DNA of 64,000 nucleotides from Pseudomonadota bacterium (GTDB taxonomy: Bacteria > Pseudomonadota > Gammaproteobacteria > UBA4575): NCBI GenBank assembly GCA_039182865.1, contig JBCDBX010000003.1, positions 1,343 through 65,342 of the forward strand, read 5' to 3'. Positions 10,704 to 20,432 of the stretch are shown in pieces. The notes under the pieces are model-generated. The model was given only the letters and a program-made list of their open reading frames with translations, searched no databases and was not told the origin of the DNA. Numbering within the stretch: the first letter of the stretch is position 1; every line of letters starts with the position of its first letter. The position numbers were made by a program, and so were the translations under genes.

Positions 10704-11147
10704 CTAGTGGGCAGCTTTCTTATTGCTCTCTTCAGTACCATGACGATTTATTGCTTGCATCAAATCATCGCGAGTAAATGGTTTTGTTAAATATTCCTCG
10801 GAACCAACTATACGTCCGCGTGCCTTATCAAAAATGCTATCTTTACTTGTCAGCATGATGACAGGCGTATCTCTGAACTGACGATTATTTTTTATTAAGG
10901 TACAAGTTTGATAGCCGTCTAATCGAGGCATCATGATATCGACAAAAATAATATCTGGTTTTTGCTCTGCAATTATTGCTAAGGCTTCGAAACCATCTTC
11001 AGCAGTTATTACACTGCAGCCTTCTTTATTGAGCAATGTCTCTGCAGACTTCCTAATTGTCTTACTATCATCAATAATCATTACCTTAAGCGATGATGAG
11101 ACGCCTGAACCTTGTTCAGCTTGATTTGATGGTGATGGTAAACCCAT
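10704..11147 (-). CDS. pilG: Twitching-motility response regulator (CheY-like receiver)
   Basis: KVMIIDDSKTIRKSAETLL...PDIIFVDIMMPRLDGYQTC.LIKNN...TPVIMLTSKD..FDKA.GRIVGS..YLTKPF matches P. aeruginosa PilG almost residue for residue. It is divergent from gshB, as in Pseudomonas. Confidence 0.85.
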   Translation of the reverse strand: MGLPSPSNQAEQGSGVSSSLKVMIIDDSKTIRKSAETLLNKEGCSVITAEDGFEALAIIAEQKPDIIFVDIMMPRLDGYQTCTLIKNNRQFRDTPVIMLTSKDSIFDKARGRIVGSEEYLTKPFTRDDLMQAINRHGTEESNKKAAH

Positions 11148-11353
11148 TGCGATTATCTACTCCCATTTTTTCTATAGCTGCCACACTAGTCTCAAAATCG
11201 TTTATATTTGTGCGGCTTACGTTTAATTAATTTGCTGATATTCACAGTATTTGAACTTAACATACACACGTTACTCAACCCTGTAGCATCAAGGTAGGCC
11301 TAGAAGAAGTTAAGCCGACATAATGGCAAAATTGCCAGATGGAGGATCGAAGG

Positions 11354-12301
11354 ATGACAATAAAACTTGCTGTAATCATGGATCCGATTGAATCAATCAA
11401 AGCCCATAAAGACAGTACATTTGCGATGTTATTAGAAGCGCAGCGCAGAGATTGGGAGCTTTATTACATTACTCCCAATAGCCTCTATGTTATTGATGGC
11501 AACTCATATGGCCAGACATCCCGCCTATACGTTGAAGACAATGAATCTGCTTGGTTCAGAACTGAGGCAGCTATGAATATCATGCTTGCCAGCTTTGATG
11601 TCATCCTAATGCGTAAAGATCCACCCTTTGATATGGAGTATATATACACCACATATATTCTAGAACTCGCGAAAAACTCGGGATCACTTGTTATCAATGA
11701 TCCAGCAGCTTTAAGAAATTGTAATGAAAAATTCTCTATTATGAATTTCCCTCAATGCTGTGTGCCAACATTAGTTACATGCAATCAAAGTAAGATTTTA
11801 GAATTTATTGATGAGTATGAAGAAATTATTGTTAAGCCAATGGATGCAATGGGTGGCAAATCAATATTCAAAATCTTACGGCAGGATAAAGATAAAAAAA
11901 ATGTGGTTGATAAGATGACTCAACAAGGCAACACAACTATTATGACACAACGTTTCATCCCGGAAATTACACAGGGAGATAAGCGGATACTCATTATAAA
12001 TGGTGAGCCTGTCCCTTATGCTCTAGCAAGGATCCCAAAAGAAGGCGAACTATTAGGGAATTTGGCTGCAGGTGGGCGTGGCGAGGGCATAGCTCTAACT
12101 GAACGTGACTATTGGATTTGCTCAGAAATCAAAGATTCATTAGTTGATAATAGTATTTATTTTGCTGGGATAGATGTTATAGGCTCTTACTTAACCGAAA
12201 TTAACATTACGAGTCCCACATGTATTAGGGAGCTTGATAAACAATTCAATCTTAATATTAGCGCTCAGCTTTTTGATGAAATCGAAGCATCACTAACTTA
12301 A
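11354..12301 (+). CDS. gshB: Glutathione synthetase
   Basis: Matches E. coli GshB throughout: MTIKLAVIMDPIESI, KDSTFAMLLEAQRR, ILMRKDPPFD, YIYTTYILE, GDKRILIINGEPVPYALARIP, GNLAAGGRGE, TEINITSPTCIRE. Start chosen at the ATG at 11354, which has an AAGG Shine-Dalgarno, rather than 11339. Confidence 0.9.
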   Translation: MTIKLAVIMDPIESIKAHKDSTFAMLLEAQRRDWELYYITPNSLYVIDGNSYGQTSRLYVEDNESAWFRTEAAMNIMLASFDVILMRKDPPFDMEYIYTTYILELAKNSGSLVINDPAALRNCNEKFSIMNFPQCCVPTLVTCNQSKILEFIDEYEEIIVKPMDAMGGKSIFKILRQDKDKKNVVDKMTQQGNTTIMTQRFIPEITQGDKRILIINGEPVPYALARIPKEGELLGNLAAGGRGEGIALTERDYWICSEIKDSLVDNSIYFAGIDVIGSYLTEINITSPTCIRELDKQFNLNISAQLFDEIEASLT

Positions 12302-12312
12302 ATATTTAAAAA

Positions 12313-13173
12313 ATGAATCAATCCGTCAGCATATCTTCTAACGATAGAATGAGTTTCACCTTCATCTTTGCAATAGCAATTCATGCTCTTATTATTTTAG
12401 GTATTGGTTTTGAGTTCATTCGTAGCCAGCCTGCACCATCTTCAAGTATAGAGATCATTCTAACGAAAACTGAAAACATTGAAGAACCTGATGATGCTAA
12501 AGTCATTGCAGAGCATAATCAAAAACAAAGTGGGAGAATTGATCAAGATGCAAGGCCCACTTCACCTTCCATGACGCAAAATACTTTTTTAGATAAAAAC
12601 AAAATTAGCAACGATGCATCAAATCACAATACCGCTCAACTTGAGCAAAATGAAATGCTCATCAATAGCAGTAATTCTGACCTTATGAAAATTGACAACC
12701 AAGTTGTCGAAGATACCTTAAAACAGAACATCCAGCACTCTCGCAAATCTCCTCAAAATGTTGCGCAACTTGTGTCAGAACTTAATCGCGAAAAGCAGTT
12801 ATATGCTAAGCGTCCACGCATTAATCACATCGATACTCTAAGTGCAAAATCAGCTATTGAGGCAAAATATATCAAAGACTGGGTTGAAAAAGTTGAGATC
12901 ACAGGAAACCTGAATTATCCAAATCGAGCAAAACAAAATAGTTTATCAGGTACGCTGATTATGAGCGTGCTGATCAATCAAGATGGTAAAGTCATCTCCT
13001 CTACAATACAGAAAAGTTCAGGTCTTTCAATTTTAGATAACGCCGCAAAGAAAATTGTCTCTCTCGCGGCACCTTTTAAACAATTCCCAAATAACATGCG
13101 GGATCAATATGATCAGCTAATGATAACCAGGACCTGGATATACGATAGCAACAATACTTTTACTACTAAATAA
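12313..13173 (+). CDS. TonB-family protein (N-terminal TM anchor, C-terminal TonB domain)
   Basis: 286 aa with an N-terminal TM segment and a C-terminal region (YPNRAKQNSLSGTLIMSVLINQDGKV...) resembling the TonB_C fold. It sits where tonB3 lies next to gshB/algH in Pseudomonas. Confidence 0.55.
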   Translation: MNQSVSISSNDRMSFTFIFAIAIHALIILGIGFEFIRSQPAPSSSIEIILTKTENIEEPDDAKVIAEHNQKQSGRIDQDARPTSPSMTQNTFLDKNKISNDASNHNTAQLEQNEMLINSSNSDLMKIDNQVVEDTLKQNIQHSRKSPQNVAQLVSELNREKQLYAKRPRINHIDTLSAKSAIEAKYIKDWVEKVEITGNLNYPNRAKQNSLSGTLIMSVLINQDGKVISSTIQKSSGLSILDNAAKKIVSLAAPFKQFPNNMRDQYDQLMITRTWIYDSNNTFTTK

Positions 13174-13174
13174 T

Positions 13175-13744
13175 ATGATGGATTCGACTAACAACTTATG
13201 CTCACAAATACTTATCGCAATGCCATCATTAAACGATCCAAATTTTGCCAAGACTATCACGCTCATATGTGAACATTCTCCAGAGCAAGGGGCTATGGGT
13301 ATTGTCTTAAATTTACCGACCTCTTTACGCCTAAATGAGATGTTAGGTCAAATCAAATTAGAAGAGAATAACTCTTCAATCAATGAAACTTATGTTCACT
13401 TTGGTGGACCAGTAGGAATGGATCAAGCTTTTGTTTTGCATGCGGATGATGTTCAATACGAGTCAACCTTATCAATCACCAATAAATTATCATTAAGTGC
13501 TTCTAAAGACGCTTTCAGCTCTATTGCACAGTCAGCTGATCTTAATGACAAAATCATAACTCTTGGATATGCAGGCTGGACTGCTGGTCAACTGGAATCC
13601 GAAATTTCAGCTAACTCATGGTTAGTGATCAGTTATGAATATGAATTGGTTTTTAATACCGCGCCCTCAGAACAATGGATAGCAGCAGGAAATAGTATTG
13701 GAATTAATCTTAATCTTCTCAAATGTGATGCGGGACATGCATAG
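13175..13744 (+). CDS. YqgE/AlgH family protein (UPF0301)
   Basis: 189 aa containing LIAMPSL.DPNFAKTITLICEHS..GAMGIVLN, the UPF0301 signature. Conserved neighbour of ruvX. Confidence 0.75.
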   Translation: MMDSTNNLCSQILIAMPSLNDPNFAKTITLICEHSPEQGAMGIVLNLPTSLRLNEMLGQIKLEENNSSINETYVHFGGPVGMDQAFVLHADDVQYESTLSITNKLSLSASKDAFSSIAQSADLNDKIITLGYAGWTAGQLESEISANSWLVISYEYELVFNTAPSEQWIAAGNSIGINLNLLKCDAGHA

Positions 13745-13805
13745 CAATTCATTTATAAGATAAGTATATCTTTAGGTTTTCACTTGCTCGCTAACAACGC
13801 ATACT

Positions 13806-14237
13806 GTGACAATGGATAATCAGTTATTCCTCGCATTTGACTATGGTGAACGACGCACTGGTGTCGCGATAGGTCAAAGCCTAACGCTTAGCGCACAACC
13901 ACTGGAAACCATCAGCGCTATCCAGAACATGCCAGACTGGAAAAAGATTGAGTCGATAATCAGTGAATGGAAACCTGTCCAAATTGTTGTAGGTATTCCT
14001 GATAACTCATCACAGAACAAAGCACTTCGAAAAAAAATATATGATTTTTGTAACCAGCTAACAAGTAAATTTAATTTACCGGTTGTGACTCATGATGAAA
14101 CACTCAGCTCTGATGCAGCCTATCGTTATTTGAAATCTAAACGTCAGGTATCTAAAGGTAAAATCAATAAACAAGACATCGATAAAATTTCGGCCGCAGT
14201 ATTACTGGAATCATGGATGAATTCGAATATACCGTAA
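13806..14237 (+). CDS. ruvX: Putative pre-16S rRNA nuclease / Holliday junction resolvase-like YqgF
   Basis: LAFDYGERRTGVAIG N-terminal motif and ...SAAVLLESW C-terminus are typical of YqgF/RuvX. Confidence 0.8.
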   Translation: MTMDNQLFLAFDYGERRTGVAIGQSLTLSAQPLETISAIQNMPDWKKIESIISEWKPVQIVVGIPDNSSQNKALRKKIYDFCNQLTSKFNLPVVTHDETLSSDAAYRYLKSKRQVSKGKINKQDIDKISAAVLLESWMNSNIP

Positions 14238-14309
14238 ATCTAAATAGATGACGGACATATCTAATAATTATTATTCTGATCAGACAATTAAGATGATAAT
14301 CTTCATAAT

Positions 14310-14807
14310 ATGAATACGAATGTTTCGGAGTTGCTAGATCAACTCACCTCTCAGACTAGAGATCTTCTGAAAAATATCGAAGTTGACCAGCCACTAATTG
14401 TCGGTATTCACACCGGTGGAATTTGGGTTGCGGATCACCTACATCACGCACTTGATATAAATTGTGAAATGGGCGAGCTTGATATTTCTTTTTACCGTGA
14501 TGATTTTAGTCGTCTAGGCTTAAACCCACAGGTTAAACCTTCCAAACTTCCCTTAGACATTACAGATCAACATATCATTCTAGTGGATGATGTCTTACAT
14601 ACAGGTCGTACCATTCGTGCTGCTTTAAACGAACTTTTCGATTATGGTCGACCAGCAAGCGTTCATCTTGCAGTACTGATTGACCGTGGTGAGCGAGAAT
14701 TACCCATCGCCGCGCAAGCTGCTGGACAAGTAGTTGACCTAGCCCCTAATCAACATGTAAAACTAACTGGGCCAGATCCCCTAGCACTAGAACTAATCAC
14801 TACTTAG
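14310..14807 (+). CDS. pyrR: Bifunctional pyrimidine operon regulator / uracil phosphoribosyltransferase
   Basis: 165 aa containing the PRTase motif ILVDDVLHTGRTIRAAL. Positioned directly upstream of pyrB. Confidence 0.85.
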   Translation: MNTNVSELLDQLTSQTRDLLKNIEVDQPLIVGIHTGGIWVADHLHHALDINCEMGELDISFYRDDFSRLGLNPQVKPSKLPLDITDQHIILVDDVLHTGRTIRAALNELFDYGRPASVHLAVLIDRGERELPIAAQAAGQVVDLAPNQHVKLTGPDPLALELITT

Positions 14808-14817
14808 CTGACGAAGA

Positions 14818-15735
14818 ATGCAACATTTTTTAACAACTGAATCCTTATCCAAAGATCAGTTGATTGCTATTCTTGATACTGCAGAGTCATTCACCAACGT
14901 TGACGAGCGCACCGTTAAGAAGGTCCCATTACTTCGTGGCAAAACGATCGTTAACTTATTCTTTGAAGCCAGCACCCGAACTCGTACTACCTTTGAACTC
15001 GCGGCTAAGCGATTATCGGCCGATGTATTAAATATCAATATCGGCGCTTCAGCAACGGTTAAAGGTGAAAGCCTACTCGATACTTTGCGAAATCTTGAAG
15101 CAATGAATGTTGATATGTTTATTATCAGACATCAAGATAGTGGAGCTGCTGAGTTTATTTCAAAACACATATCTCCTGGCATCAGCGTAATAAATGCGGG
15201 CGATGGGCGTCATGCCCATCCAACTCAAGCGATGCTGGATATGTTTACCATTCGAAAAATTAAACAGGACTTTGAAACGCTTAAAATTGCGATTGTAGGA
15301 GATATCCTTCATTCGAGAGTTGCTCGATCTCAAATTCATGCACTGAAAACTTTAGGCGCAAAAGAGGTTAGAGTCATTGGACCACGCACTCTACTTCCAG
15401 CACGTGTAGACACGCTGGGCGTACAAGCTTTTCATAATATGGAGAATGGACTAAAAGATGTCGATGTCATCATGATGCTACGTCTTCAAAAAGAGCGCAT
15501 GCAAGGTGGTTTACTTCCCAGCGAACATGAATACTTCAAACTATTTGGTTTAACTCAGGAACGCCTAGCGCTCGCCGCCAACGATGCGACTGTAATGCAT
15601 CCTGGGCCAATTAATCGTAGCGTAGAAATCAGCTCCGATGTCGCTGATGGTCCTCAATCTGTGATTCTCGATCAAGTTTCATATGGTATTGCAGTACGCA
15701 TGGCTATTATGTCGATCTTAGCAGGTAGTGAATAA
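14818..15735 (+). CDS. pyrB: Aspartate carbamoyltransferase catalytic subunit
   Basis: Carbamoyl-phosphate binding STRTR, HPTQ and HPGP motifs; 305 aa. Confidence 0.9.
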   Translation: MQHFLTTESLSKDQLIAILDTAESFTNVDERTVKKVPLLRGKTIVNLFFEASTRTRTTFELAAKRLSADVLNINIGASATVKGESLLDTLRNLEAMNVDMFIIRHQDSGAAEFISKHISPGISVINAGDGRHAHPTQAMLDMFTIRKIKQDFETLKIAIVGDILHSRVARSQIHALKTLGAKEVRVIGPRTLLPARVDTLGVQAFHNMENGLKDVDVIMMLRLQKERMQGGLLPSEHEYFKLFGLTQERLALAANDATVMHPGPINRSVEISSDVADGPQSVILDQVSYGIAVRMAIMSILAGSE

Positions 15736-17009
15736 TGAAGATTGAAATCAAGGATGCACATATTATCGATCCTAGCATTGGGATAAACGAAATATGCAAT
15801 CTCTATATTCAAGATCACAACATTGCAGCCATTAAAGATCCCCCGGAAGGTTGGAATGCTGATCACACGATTGATGCTCAAGCTCATTATCTCATTCCAG
15901 GTATTGTTGATATTGCGACACGTTTGCGTGAACCAGGACAAGAACACAAAGCCACGATTGAAAGTGAAACACGCGCCGCGGTGAGCGCAGGTATTACAAG
16001 TGTTGTATGTCAGCCTGATACGAACCCAGTCGTAAATACACCTGCTGAAGTTGAACTTATATTACAAAAAAATAATTCTGCAAATCATTGTCATGTTTAT
16101 GTCATTGGTGCCTTAACTCAAAATTTAAGCGGCAATATATTAACTGAAATGGCGGCACTCAAAGAAGCGGGCGTAGTCGGAGTGAGCAATTGTCATCAAC
16201 CGCTCGCAAACAACTTAGTGCTGCGTCGTGCAATGGAATACGCCTCGGGACAAGAATTAACACTATTCATTCACCCCATCGACCATGCTTTATCAGGACA
16301 AGGTTGTATACACGAAGGCATGACAGCGACTCGAATGGGGCTAACAGGCATTCCCAATGCCGCCGAAACAGCTGCGGTAGGTGCAATACTCGCATTAATC
16401 GAACAAACAAATGTACGTGTGCATTTTTGTCGTATATCTACTCAACGCTCGCTACAGTTACTTGAACGTGCAAAATTTGATGGTGCACCGATTAGTGCTG
16501 ATATGTGTGCTCATCAATTATTTTTTAGTGATCAGGATATCAAAAGCTTCGATAGCAACTATCACGTGATCCCACCTTTTCGAAGCCAAGTTGATGTCAT
16601 CGGTTTGCGCAAACGTCTAAGCAATGAATTAATCTCTAGCATTTGTTCAGACCATCAACCTCATGATGCAGATTCTAAACTAGCACCTTTCCCCTCCACC
16701 GAGCCCGGTATCTCATCTCTAGAAACCCTGCTTCCTCTGGTATTACGTTTAGTCCATGATGAAGTGATTACACTTTCAATGGCGATATCATTACTCACGT
16801 ACAAGCCAGCACAATTATTGAATATTAATGCCGGTAGTCTAGCTGCTGGCATGCCTGCAGACATTTGTATTTTTAATCCAGACTTGGAATGGGAACTCAC
16901 ACATGCAAATATCGTGAGCCATGGCAAAAATACACCTTTCTTGAATCAGACATTTAAAGGTAAAGTAACTCATACCTTGGTAAATGGAAAAATTGTCTAC
17001 CAAACATAA
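15735..17009 (+). CDS. pyrC: Dihydroorotase-like protein, probably the non-catalytic PyrC' type
   Basis: 424-aa amidohydrolase fold. The position of the metal-binding HxH motif reads DIATRLREPG, so both His are replaced. The start overlaps the pyrB stop, as for the PyrC' structural subunit of Pseudomonas-type ATCase. Confidence 0.75.
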   Translation: MKIEIKDAHIIDPSIGINEICNLYIQDHNIAAIKDPPEGWNADHTIDAQAHYLIPGIVDIATRLREPGQEHKATIESETRAAVSAGITSVVCQPDTNPVVNTPAEVELILQKNNSANHCHVYVIGALTQNLSGNILTEMAALKEAGVVGVSNCHQPLANNLVLRRAMEYASGQELTLFIHPIDHALSGQGCIHEGMTATRMGLTGIPNAAETAAVGAILALIEQTNVRVHFCRISTQRSLQLLERAKFDGAPISADMCAHQLFFSDQDIKSFDSNYHVIPPFRSQVDVIGLRKRLSNELISSICSDHQPHDADSKLAPFPSTEPGISSLETLLPLVLRLVHDEVITLSMAISLLTYKPAQLLNINAGSLAAGMPADICIFNPDLEWELTHANIVSHGKNTPFLNQTFKGKVTHTLVNGKIVYQT

Positions 17010-17011
17010 AT

Positions 17012-17875
17012 ATGACAACTGCGACAATACATGCCGAACATGCAAAGGTCCTGCTACATCAGTCATTGCCTGCCGAACAATACCTAATTCGACTTGAAGC
17101 ACCAAAATGTGCACAATCAATCTTGCCCGGTAATTTCATTCATTTAAGTTGTAGCAAAAGTCCTTTTGATTTGAAGCGTCCATTCTCTGTATTACGGGCC
17201 TCAAGAGAACAAGGATGGATAGAAATCTTATACAAAGTCGTGGGTAGAGGCACAGAAGATCTAAAGCAAGCAAAAGTTGATGACACGCTACACTGTCTAG
17301 GACCCATTGGGAATGCATTTGCACTCTCATCAATTGCTAAGCGTCCACTTTTATTAGGTGGCGGTGTCGGCATTCCACCTATTTTATTTTTCGCCGAAGA
17401 GCTTAAAAAAAATAAGACCAAACCATTCGTCATTATGGGCTCAGAAATCCCCTTTCCCTTCAAAGTTGAACCTTCAAAAATCCTCATTGATGGATTGCCA
17501 GCAGACTCTATTGCGGCCATGACCTTGCTGGAGGACTTATCTATTCCTTCACGCTTAACGAGCAAACAAGGTTTTTCAGGCTGTTTTAATGGTTATATTC
17601 ATGAACTAGCCGATATCTGGCTACAAACATTATCTTCTGAGGAAAAAGAAGAAGTAGAAATTTTTGCATGTGGGCCTACCGCAATGCTATCAGCAGTTGC
17701 AAAACTGAGTCAGCAATATGAAATTCCTTGCCAACTTTCACTCGAAGAGCACATGGCATGTGCTGTAGGGGGCTGTGCAGGCTGTACAGTGAAAATTACT
17801 GATGAGTCGGGGAAAGAAGCTATGAAACGTGTATGTGTCGATGGACCAGTGTTTAGTGCAAATCAGGTATATTGA
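17012..17875 (+). CDS. PyrK-like FAD/NAD(P)-binding oxidoreductase with a C-terminal [2Fe-2S] cysteine cluster
   Basis: 287 aa with ferredoxin-reductase-like motifs (RPFSV, GGGVGIPP) and C-terminal CAVGGCAGC...C, which matches the dihydroorotate dehydrogenase electron-transfer subunit cysteine pattern. Confidence 0.55.
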   Translation: MTTATIHAEHAKVLLHQSLPAEQYLIRLEAPKCAQSILPGNFIHLSCSKSPFDLKRPFSVLRASREQGWIEILYKVVGRGTEDLKQAKVDDTLHCLGPIGNAFALSSIAKRPLLLGGGVGIPPILFFAEELKKNKTKPFVIMGSEIPFPFKVEPSKILIDGLPADSIAAMTLLEDLSIPSRLTSKQGFSGCFNGYIHELADIWLQTLSSEEKEEVEIFACGPTAMLSAVAKLSQQYEIPCQLSLEEHMACAVGGCAGCTVKITDESGKEAMKRVCVDGPVFSANQVY

Positions 17876-17883
17876 TAAAGAAC

Positions 17884-19206
17884 TTACTTTTCGGCGAACA
17901 TAGATTTAGCATTATCAAAAAACTCATCTTCTTCGCTCTCTAAAATACTACCCATATCAATTCCTGGATCGATTTGAGAGTCTTCAAATGCCTTTAGCTC
18001 CTCACCTTCACTTAACCCATTTGAAGTTTTTTCTAGAGCCCGATCGTGATTTCCACTGACAGAATTTCTCAATGTAGGAGGCGCCTCTTCAGTCATCGTA
18101 TCGATGACGCTAGTTGTATCTTTATTCTGTTCACCCACGCTTTTAACTTGGCCACCAAAATTTAATTGCCATTCAAGATTACTACGTGAATCCGCAAAGT
18201 TAAGTGCATCTTCTACTGTAATTTTTTCATTCTTATATAAATCATGCAGACTTTGATCAAAAGTTTGCATACCTACTGCCGCACCTTTTTCCATCACCTC
18301 TTTAATACTTCCAAACTCACCTTTGCGAACTAATTCTGAGATATAAGGCGTATTAAGTAATACTTCAACGGCTGGAATGCGTCCACCATCAGATGCAGGA
18401 ACTAAACGCTGTGAAATAATTGCTGCAAGGTTAAGAGATAAATCCATCAAAACCTGATTTTTAGAATCTGATGGAAATAAATTCAACATGCGATCAAGCG
18501 CTTGGTTAGCATTCACCGCATGCAGTGTAGACAAACACAAGTGACCAGTATCCGCATATGACATTGCAGCTTCCATTGTAAGCTTGTCTCGAATCTCACC
18601 GATCATAATCACATCAGGGGCCTCACGCATGGCTTCTCTTAGCGCATTGTCGTAGGAGAGTGTATCTAGTCCAACCTCACGCTGTCCTATAATTGATTTT
18701 TTATGCGTAAAAACATATTCAATTGGATCTTCAATTGTCAGGATGTGCCCAGATTCTTGTTGATTTCGATACTCAATCATTGAAGCCAACGAAGTAGATT
18801 TACCAGAGCCAGTGGATCCAACCATCAAGATCAGACCATTCTTTCGCATGACTAGCTCGCGTAGAACCTCTGGCAGCCCTAATTTGTCAAGTGCAGGGAT
18901 ATCGCATTTTATATAACGAATCACCATCGATACTTCACCACGCTGATAATAGATATTTACGCGGTAACGTCCACCACCAGGTACTGATAGACCAAGGTTC
19001 ATTTCTTTAGTGAGTTCAAACTCTTTAATCTGTTGCTCACTCATAATTTCAAAAGCGAGCTGCTTGACAGTACCAGGCTTTAATTCAGATTTAGTTATAT
19101 GTTGAGTATTACCGTCAACCTTCATACTGACGAAAGCACCGGTTGTAAAGAAAAGATCTGAGGCAGATTTCTCGGCCATTAGATTTAGATATGGAGTAAT
19201 CTTCAT
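17884..19206 (-). CDS. PilT/PilU-family type IV pilus retraction ATPase, third paralog with an acidic C-terminal extension
   Basis: Walker A (GSTGSGKST), Walker B (DVIMIGEIRD) and His box (TLHAVNANQALDRM) are present. There is a roughly 80-aa Asp/Glu-rich tail beyond the ATPase core. Confidence 0.75.
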   Translation of the reverse strand: MKITPYLNLMAEKSASDLFFTTGAFVSMKVDGNTQHITKSELKPGTVKQLAFEIMSEQQIKEFELTKEMNLGLSVPGGGRYRVNIYYQRGEVSMVIRYIKCDIPALDKLGLPEVLRELVMRKNGLILMVGSTGSGKSTSLASMIEYRNQQESGHILTIEDPIEYVFTHKKSIIGQREVGLDTLSYDNALREAMREAPDVIMIGEIRDKLTMEAAMSYADTGHLCLSTLHAVNANQALDRMLNLFPSDSKNQVLMDLSLNLAAIISQRLVPASDGGRIPAVEVLLNTPYISELVRKGEFGSIKEVMEKGAAVGMQTFDQSLHDLYKNEKITVEDALNFADSRSNLEWQLNFGGQVKSVGEQNKDTTSVIDTMTEEAPPTLRNSVSGNHDRALEKTSNGLSEGEELKAFEDSQIDPGIDMGSILESEEDEFFDNAKSMFAEK

Positions 19207-19214
19207 TTTATGAT

Positions 19215-20399
19215 TTACCTGCTTTGAGCCATTGTCCCTATAACATTAGATCCGTTGTCATCCTCTTCGACCATAAAGTCTTCAGTGCCCTGGAGCAAAT
19301 CCTTATCTTGAGATGACTTACTTTCCAACTTCAATCGTAGTCGTAAATCATTTACTGAATCAGCATTACGCAAACCATCTTCAACGCTGATCATGCCTTC
19401 ATCTATTAATTCAAATAAGTGCTGATCGAATGTTTGCATGCCTAATTCTCTTGATTTTGATATTAATTCTTTCATCTTAGGGACATCGCCTTTAAAAATT
19501 AGATCTGCCATTAGAGGTGAATTAATCATGACTTCAATTGCTGGCACACGACCCTCCTTGCCTTTGATTGGCAATAGTCTCTGAGAGATGATCGATTTAA
19601 GATTCAACGAGAGATCCATTAAGAGTTGATCGCGTCTTTCTTCAGGGAAGAAGTTAATAATTCTATCCAATGCTTGGTTGGTACTATTAGCGTGTAATGT
19701 TGCAAGACATAAGTGCCCGGTTTCCGCAAATGCAACCGCGTATTCCATTGTTTCACGATCTCGAATCTCACCAATCAGAATTACGTCAGGCGCTTGTCTT
19801 AATGTGTTTTTCAGTGCGATTTCATAATTTTCGGTATCAACGCCCACTTCACGCTGCGTCACAATACAATTGCGATGTTTATGCACAAATTCGATAGGAT
19901 CTTCGATAGTAATAATGTGGCCTTGACTGTTTTCATTTCGATAACCAATCATAGAGGCTAGCGAAGTTGACTTACCACAGCCCGTTCCACCTACAAAAAT
20001 AACTAAGCCACGCTTTGCCATTGATATTTCTTTAATAACATTTGGCAAGCGCAGATCATCAATCACTGGGATCTCAGAATTAATAATACGCAACACCATG
20101 CCAGATGTATTTCTTTGCATGAATGCATTCACACGGAAGCGTGAGATATTAGGCAGGCTTATAGCAAAATTACATTCCTGCGTTTCTTCATATTCCCTGA
20201 TCTGACGATCATTCATGATTGATCGGACAATTACCTGTGTATGAGCTGCAGTGAGTGGCTGATTAGTAATCGGTACTAATTTGCCATCGACTTTCATCGA
20301 AGGTGGTGCTCCTACAGTGACGAATAAATCCGAACCTTCTTTTTGCAGCATGTTACGCAATAGGTCATGCATAAATGCTATGGCTTTATCTCTATCCAT
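19215..20399 (-). CDS. pilU: PilU-like type IV pilus retraction ATPase
   Basis: 394 aa with Walker A GGTGCGKST, Walker B DVILIGEIRD and His box TLHANSTNQALDRI. Located immediately downstream of pilT. Confidence 0.8.
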   Translation of the reverse strand: MDRDKAIAFMHDLLRNMLQKEGSDLFVTVGAPPSMKVDGKLVPITNQPLTAAHTQVIVRSIMNDRQIREYEETQECNFAISLPNISRFRVNAFMQRNTSGMVLRIINSEIPVIDDLRLPNVIKEISMAKRGLVIFVGGTGCGKSTSLASMIGYRNENSQGHIITIEDPIEFVHKHRNCIVTQREVGVDTENYEIALKNTLRQAPDVILIGEIRDRETMEYAVAFAETGHLCLATLHANSTNQALDRIINFFPEERRDQLLMDLSLNLKSIISQRLLPIKGKEGRVPAIEVMINSPLMADLIFKGDVPKMKELISKSRELGMQTFDQHLFELIDEGMISVEDGLRNADSVNDLRLRLKLESKSSQDKDLLQGTEDFMVEEDDNGSNVIGTMAQSR

Positions 20400-20432
20400 A
20401 TTGCCTAATCATCCTTTTTTGGTAATCCTTAA

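Noticed and set aside
10679-10741. N-terminal extension of the pilH ORF (MVLKRAIRKLPTRIKNLAGKY...) overlapping pilG.
   Set aside because: The receiver domain begins at the internal ATG (10678). The extension would overlap the pilG coding region by 38 nt and has no counterpart in PilH homologs.
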